This document shows, piece by piece, positions 60,009 to 64,000 of a stretch of DNA of 64,000 nucleotides (position 1 is the first letter of the stretch; every line of letters begins with the position of its first letter). Source of the stretch: Thermoplasmata archaeon (lineage in GTDB: Archaea; Thermoplasmatota; Thermoplasmata; Halarchaeoplasmatales; Halarchaeoplasmataceae); the NCBI GenBank assembly GCA_046540335.1, contig JBKHFH010000001.1, forward strand, positions 8,045 through 72,044, written 5' to 3'. The notes beneath the pieces were generated by a model. It did not search any database. It saw only the letters and a list, made by a program, of their open reading frames with translations, and was not told the origin of the DNA. Both the position numbers and the translations under genes were made by a program.

Positions 60009-60603
60009 CGATCTCTTTCGGACTTATCATTCCTTCTCTCAATATCTCGATATCTTCACCCACTTTCACCACGGTACTTCCCTTTCCATATTCGCATCTA
60101 CCGCAATTAACGTATAGTTTCACTCTTCCGTCGAGCTGTATCTTGGCGGTCTTTATCTCCATCGGAGCGGGTCTGCCGTGGATATTGGCGCTAGTAGAGG
60201 TGATCGGACCGAAATCCTCTATGATCTTTTGGGCAAGGGGATGGTCAGGAACTCTTATTCCCTCTGTTCCCTCGGATGTATCGATGACCAGTGTCAGCGG
60301 GCCCGGTAAAAATTCTTCACCTAGTTCCCATGCCAGGTCAGGCAGATCCATATATTCTGAAGCGTGATCAAGATTCGAGTAAGCTATGGATATCTTTTTA
60401 TCTGGAGGTGCTTCTTTCACCTCTCTGATTTTATCCATCATCCCTTCTTCCGATGGATTTCCTCCTAACCCATAGAGGGTCTCGGTCGGATAAACGATCA
60501 ATTCACCGTTACTTAAGACCTCGTTGACTGTAGTTATGATATATTCAGAACAGTTTGCATCACATCCGTCTTTTTCACATTTGAATTCCATTTTCTCACT
60601 CAA
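59989..60603 (-). CDS. L-threonylcarbamoyladenylate synthase, YrdC/TsaC-type (single domain)
   Basis: VYPTETLYGLGGNP motif. N-terminal Cys-rich 20 aa. Confidence 0.8.
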   Translation of the reverse strand: MSEKMEFKCEKDGCDANCSEYIITTVNEVLSNGELIVYPTETLYGLGGNPSEEGMMDKIREVKEAPPDKKISIAYSNLDHASEYMDLPDLAWELGEEFLPGPLTLVIDTSEGTEGIRVPDHPLAQKIIEDFGPITSTSANIHGRPAPMEIKTAKIQLDGRVKLYVNCGRCEYGKGSTVVKVGEDIEILREGMISPKEIGDKIGF

Positions 60604-61226
60604 AACATTTTTAGATTTTTTAGAGATTGTTTTATGTGATTTCCAGCGTTCTTTTCAACCGTAGACATATGTCCTGGATATAAACGATCGACTTCCAACT
60701 CGTTCAATCTCTCCAGCGAGTGTACGAGTTCTTCTCTATCACCCGTTGGCAGGTCGGTCCTTCCTGCTCCGCCGTTGGCGAAGACTGTATCCCCGGAGAT
60801 CAATAGATATTCTTCCCGGTTATAGAGACATATGCTTTCCTCGGTGTGGCCAGGGGTAAGGATAACTTCAAAGCTAGAAAAATCATCTATCTCTAATGTA
60901 TTGACTTCGACTGGAGAGAACTGCTTTCCAAAGCTGGCTGAAAGTATAGTGTGATCATCCCCTTCCCGAAGAGCCTCTGCTTCTTTCTTAGATGTAAATA
61001 GAGGGGCTTCAAATTCTTTGGATAGTTCCTCTGCATCACCTACATGATCTATATGTCGGTGTGTGAGCACTATGCTGTCGATCTCAGTATCTCCTACCTT
61101 ATCCTTTATCCTTTCCAGCATCCTCATTCCCGCGTCTACCAGGAAATTCCGTTCACCTTTGACTAGAAAAACGTTGGAAGAATACCCTCTTCCAAGTATA
61201 GTCTCGACTTCGACATCTTCGCTCAA
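60600..61226 (-). CDS. MBL-fold metallo-hydrolase
   Basis: HRHIDHVGD motif. Confidence 0.8.
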   Translation of the reverse strand: MSEDVEVETILGRGYSSNVFLVKGERNFLVDAGMRMLERIKDKVGDTEIDSIVLTHRHIDHVGDAEELSKEFEAPLFTSKKEAEALREGDDHTILSASFGKQFSPVEVNTLEIDDFSSFEVILTPGHTEESICLYNREEYLLISGDTVFANGGAGRTDLPTGDREELVHSLERLNELEVDRLYPGHMSTVEKNAGNHIKQSLKNLKMF

Positions 61227-61414
61227 CTGTACACCTCTATGAATTTTTCGAAGGATCGGTCGTAAGTCTCTTCTACCTCGTCGGGGAAAGCACAGGCCGG
61301 AAGCTCGTTTCTATTTAGGTGATACTGTATGCAGTCACAGCAGACACCCTTTCTAGGACATCCAGGGTAAGAACAGTTACAGATATCCAGGTTCCTCTCC
61401 TTATTGCATTCCAT
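61223..61414 (-). CDS. Small cysteine-rich protein (63 aa, 9 Cys), putative metal-binding
   Basis: CNCSYPGCPRKGVCCDCIQYH...C. Translationally coupled to the MBL gene. Confidence 0.4.
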   Translation of the reverse strand: MECNKERNLDICNCSYPGCPRKGVCCDCIQYHLNRNELPACAFPDEVEETYDRSFEKFIEVYS

Positions 61415-61528
61415 ATTCTTACCTCTTTTTAAGTCTGATAATGAACTGCATTATTTATGGTTTTTTCTAACTTTTTACGATCGGGCAAAAACGGCGAAAA
61501 TGTTAAAAGATAAGTAGTTCTGGGAAAG

Positions 61529-63460
61529 ATGATGTCGAACTTCTGTGATGACTGTGGAACACTGATGGATTTTGAGGATGGAAAACCCAGATGCCCCAAC
61601 TGTGGTGGAGGGATCGAAAGCCAGAATTTTTCTTCTGAGGGAGACGGACAATTCAAAGTAGAGGACAATTTTTTTCCCTTTAGAAATATACGCAAAGGAC
61701 AGAAAAAATTTCTAGAAGACGTAGAAGACACGTTGGAAAGGAATGGAACCATAATAGCCCATGCTCCAACAGGAATAGGCAAAACGGCAGCGGTTCTGCC
61801 TCCTGCCTTAAGAAAAAAGGACGAAAAACAAAAAATATTCTTCCTGACGAGTAAGCAGTCGCAGCACAATATTGCCGTGGAGACCATCAAAAGGATGCCC
61901 GAAAAGGTCCAGGCGATAGATGTTATCTCAAAGAAGAACATGTGTCCTAGAGAAGCTTCAAAGCTACCTTATGCCGTCTTCGAGGATTTCTGTAGCGGGG
62001 AAGGTCAGGAACGCTGCAATCTATTCACGAAGAAGATGTCTGAGGTCGTTGAAAAGCTGAAGACAGGGACCAGACACGTTTCCGAAGTGGTCCGTCTCTG
62101 CGAGTCTTACAACGTTTGCCCGCATAAAAGCGCTCTTTTAGCGGGAAAAGAGACAGATATAATCATCTGCGATTACAATTATATTTTTTCCGACATAAGG
62201 GAGAGGATTTTCGACCTTTTGGACTTAGAACTAAAAGATGCGATATTGATAGTCGATGAAGCTCACAATCTACCTGACAGGATAAGGAGCAATCTAGAGG
62301 AGAGTTTGACCATAGACGTTTTGGAAGAAGCATCTTCTCTCCTCAGAGGTTACTCTTCATCACTCAGCAGCTTCATGGGCAGATTGTCTTCGGAACTGAG
62401 TTCGATGAGTGGAGAGGATAAAAGGATATCAAAGAGATTTTTAAACGAGAAGCTTGAGATGGCGTTAAAAGGCGGTCTTTCTCAATTCGATTCCATAGAA
62501 GATCTGATAGCCGACTTGAAGATCGTTGCGAGAGATATCGTAGAGGATGATCAATCGGCTACCGCACCGATGAGAGTTTATTCGTTCCTTGATACCTGGA
62601 TGGAGGAGGGTGAGGAGATATTTCGCTCTCTCGAAGGTTCGCCGCTGAGGGTAAATGTAAAACTGATGGATCCATCTCGATTCAGCGGAAAGGTTTTCGA
62701 AAAGGTCTGTGGAGCGGTGTTGATGAGTGGAACGCTACACCCCGGGGAGATGTATGCTGATATATTGGGAATAAATGATCCAGTGATAGAGAGTTATTCG
62801 TCTCCTTTTCCAGAAGAAAACCGTAAGATAGTTAGCGTGAAGAACTTAACTACGGCCTACAAAGAAAGAGACCTGACCATGTATCAGGCTTACGCCAATT
62901 CTATAGCAGACGTAGCTAACAATATTCCGGGCAATCTCGCGGTTTTCTTTCCTTCTTATGATCTGATGAATCGGATTTTTGACAGATTGAACATGGTTCA
63001 TCTTGAGAAAGACCTGTTGATCGAGGAGAGGGAGCACTCAAAGAGAGAAAAAAAAGAGCTTGTAAATCGTTTGAAAAGTAGCGGAAATAACGTACTCCTC
63101 GGTGTCCAGGGTGGAAGTCTTTCTGAGGGCATCGATTACAACGACAATGTCCTATCCTCGGTAACGATAGTAGGTATACCGTTTCCTCCACCCTCCTTAG
63201 AGATGGAAGCTTTAGAAGAATATTACAGTAAAAAGTTTGGAGAGGAGAAAGGGTACAAATACTCTCGCATATATCCGGCGATGAATAGAGTCCTGCAGGC
63301 GGCCGGCCGACCGATAAGGAGCAAAACGGATCGCGCTCTTATCATACTGGGCGATAAGCGATTCAATTACCAAAGATACAAGAAAACTTTACCCGATTCT
63401 TTCGATTACGTAGCTGTAGATGATTTAAAAGAAGTCTGTAAAGAGTTTTTCGAGAATTGA
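61529..63460 (+). CDS. XPD/Rad3-family 4Fe-4S DNA helicase with N-terminal zinc ribbon
   Basis: CDDCG...CPNCGG, helicase motif I HAPTGIGKT, four Cys of an FeS domain, DEAH box VDEAHNL. Confidence 0.8.
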   Translation: MMSNFCDDCGTLMDFEDGKPRCPNCGGGIESQNFSSEGDGQFKVEDNFFPFRNIRKGQKKFLEDVEDTLERNGTIIAHAPTGIGKTAAVLPPALRKKDEKQKIFFLTSKQSQHNIAVETIKRMPEKVQAIDVISKKNMCPREASKLPYAVFEDFCSGEGQERCNLFTKKMSEVVEKLKTGTRHVSEVVRLCESYNVCPHKSALLAGKETDIIICDYNYIFSDIRERIFDLLDLELKDAILIVDEAHNLPDRIRSNLEESLTIDVLEEASSLLRGYSSSLSSFMGRLSSELSSMSGEDKRISKRFLNEKLEMALKGGLSQFDSIEDLIADLKIVARDIVEDDQSATAPMRVYSFLDTWMEEGEEIFRSLEGSPLRVNVKLMDPSRFSGKVFEKVCGAVLMSGTLHPGEMYADILGINDPVIESYSSPFPEENRKIVSVKNLTTAYKERDLTMYQAYANSIADVANNIPGNLAVFFPSYDLMNRIFDRLNMVHLEKDLLIEEREHSKREKKELVNRLKSSGNNVLLGVQGGSLSEGIDYNDNVLSSVTIVGIPFPPPSLEMEALEEYYSKKFGEEKGYKYSRIYPAMNRVLQAAGRPIRSKTDRALIILGDKRFNYQRYKKTLPDSFDYVAVDDLKEVCKEFFEN

Positions 63461-63471
63461 GAGAAAAAGGT

Positions 63472-63897
63472 TCAATCTTTCTCTTCCATCAAGTATTCCA
63501 TATCATCCCAAATTATCTCGTGCTTCAGATCATGTTCATCGAGGAAATTCGATATTTCGGCTGTGATATCTTCTATCTCCGATTTTTCCTCATCAATCCT
63601 CGGATAAAGATAAAATTCCACACGTTCTCTGCCGATAGGGAAGATCATACGGTAACGAGCTTCCCTATTATGGCCGACAGGTTTCCGATTGTTTTGGAGG
63701 TCCTTCAAATTTTGTCTTATCAGCATCTCGGTGTATTCTTTTTGGCTCTCATCAGGGTACTGGTCCGTCAAATCCATGAATAATCTGTAAAGTTCCGGGA
63801 AGATGGGAGCGAGATCTTTATACTCTATATCCTCTTCAAATCGGATCAAGCTGTTGTGCTTGGTTACGACCATCTCTTTATCTTCAGTGCTCGCCAT
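63472..63897 (-). CDS. Hypothetical acidic protein (141 aa)
   Basis: ORF only. Confidence 0.35.
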   Translation of the reverse strand: MASTEDKEMVVTKHNSLIRFEEDIEYKDLAPIFPELYRLFMDLTDQYPDESQKEYTEMLIRQNLKDLQNNRKPVGHNREARYRMIFPIGRERVEFYLYPRIDEEKSEIEDITAEISNFLDEHDLKHEIIWDDMEYLMEEKD

Positions 63898-64000
63898 GTT
63901 TCATTCAATTGACATTAGATATTTAAGGGTTCGTCCTCAGATCCCTCTATAGGTTCAACACAGATCGTTATATCCCTATCATCGATGGACCACACCTTCT

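Overview
This 64-kb window is an archaeal chromosomal segment. The organism has a markedly acidic proteome (D/E-rich tails on ribosomal and housekeeping proteins) and roughly 42-45% GC, which fits a salt-in halophilic archaeon; I cannot assign a taxon from sequence alone.

Most of the window is conserved core genome:
- S13-S4-S11-RNA polymerase subunit D operon (104-2468), followed by tRNA-Leu(GAG).
- A short-chain dehydrogenase/reductase, tRNA-Ser(GGA), then Cbf5, cytidylate kinase, a DUF106 YidC-like insertase and SecY, running into the large ribosomal-protein cluster from L15 back to L3 on the minus strand (12.8-28.5 kb), including SUI1 and RNase P Rpp29.
- A DUF123 GIY-YIG-like protein, tRNA-Pro(CGG), the FtsY / prefoldin alpha / ribosomal LX cluster, L15e, a Nog1-family GTPase, an FKBP isomerase and tRNA-Arg(CCT).
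- UDP-glucose 6-dehydrogenase, an MscS channel, a THEP1 NTPase, a SAM methyltransferase and an S51 cyanophycinase-like peptidase.
- A fumarase/aspartase-family lyase next to SdhB and SdhA.
- A two-subunit and a four-subunit 2-oxoacid:ferredoxin oxidoreductase flanking archaeosortase A (ArtA) and a SAMP-like ubiquitin-fold protein.
- A CPBP intramembrane protease, an acyl-CoA synthetase, TrmI, an MGMT-endonuclease V fusion, an HDAC-family deacetylase, MAP2, YrdC/TsaC, an MBL hydrolase and an XPD/Rad3-like helicase.

The accessory part is an approximately 7.7-kb insertion between tRNA-Leu and a decayed MFS transporter gene (about 2.8-10.5 kb).
- It carries a cassette present twice: a divergently transcribed wHTH regulator, a promoter with a conserved upstream small ORF, and the identical signal-peptide start of a large secreted GLUG-repeat protein with a PGF-CTERM archaeosortase sorting signal.
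- Copy 1 of the surface protein carries an M14 zinc-carboxypeptidase domain that is interrupted by a single in-frame TAA.
- Copy 2 of the surface protein is frameshifted, and its regulator copy is truncated.
- A degenerate repeat of the tRNA-Leu 3' end at about 10.49-10.51 kb marks a possible island boundary.
- Both tRNA-Leu and tRNA-Ser carry an upstream partial duplicate of their own first 12 nt, ending at the same ...TAGCC position.

No CRISPR array, rRNA or integrase/transposase gene was seen.
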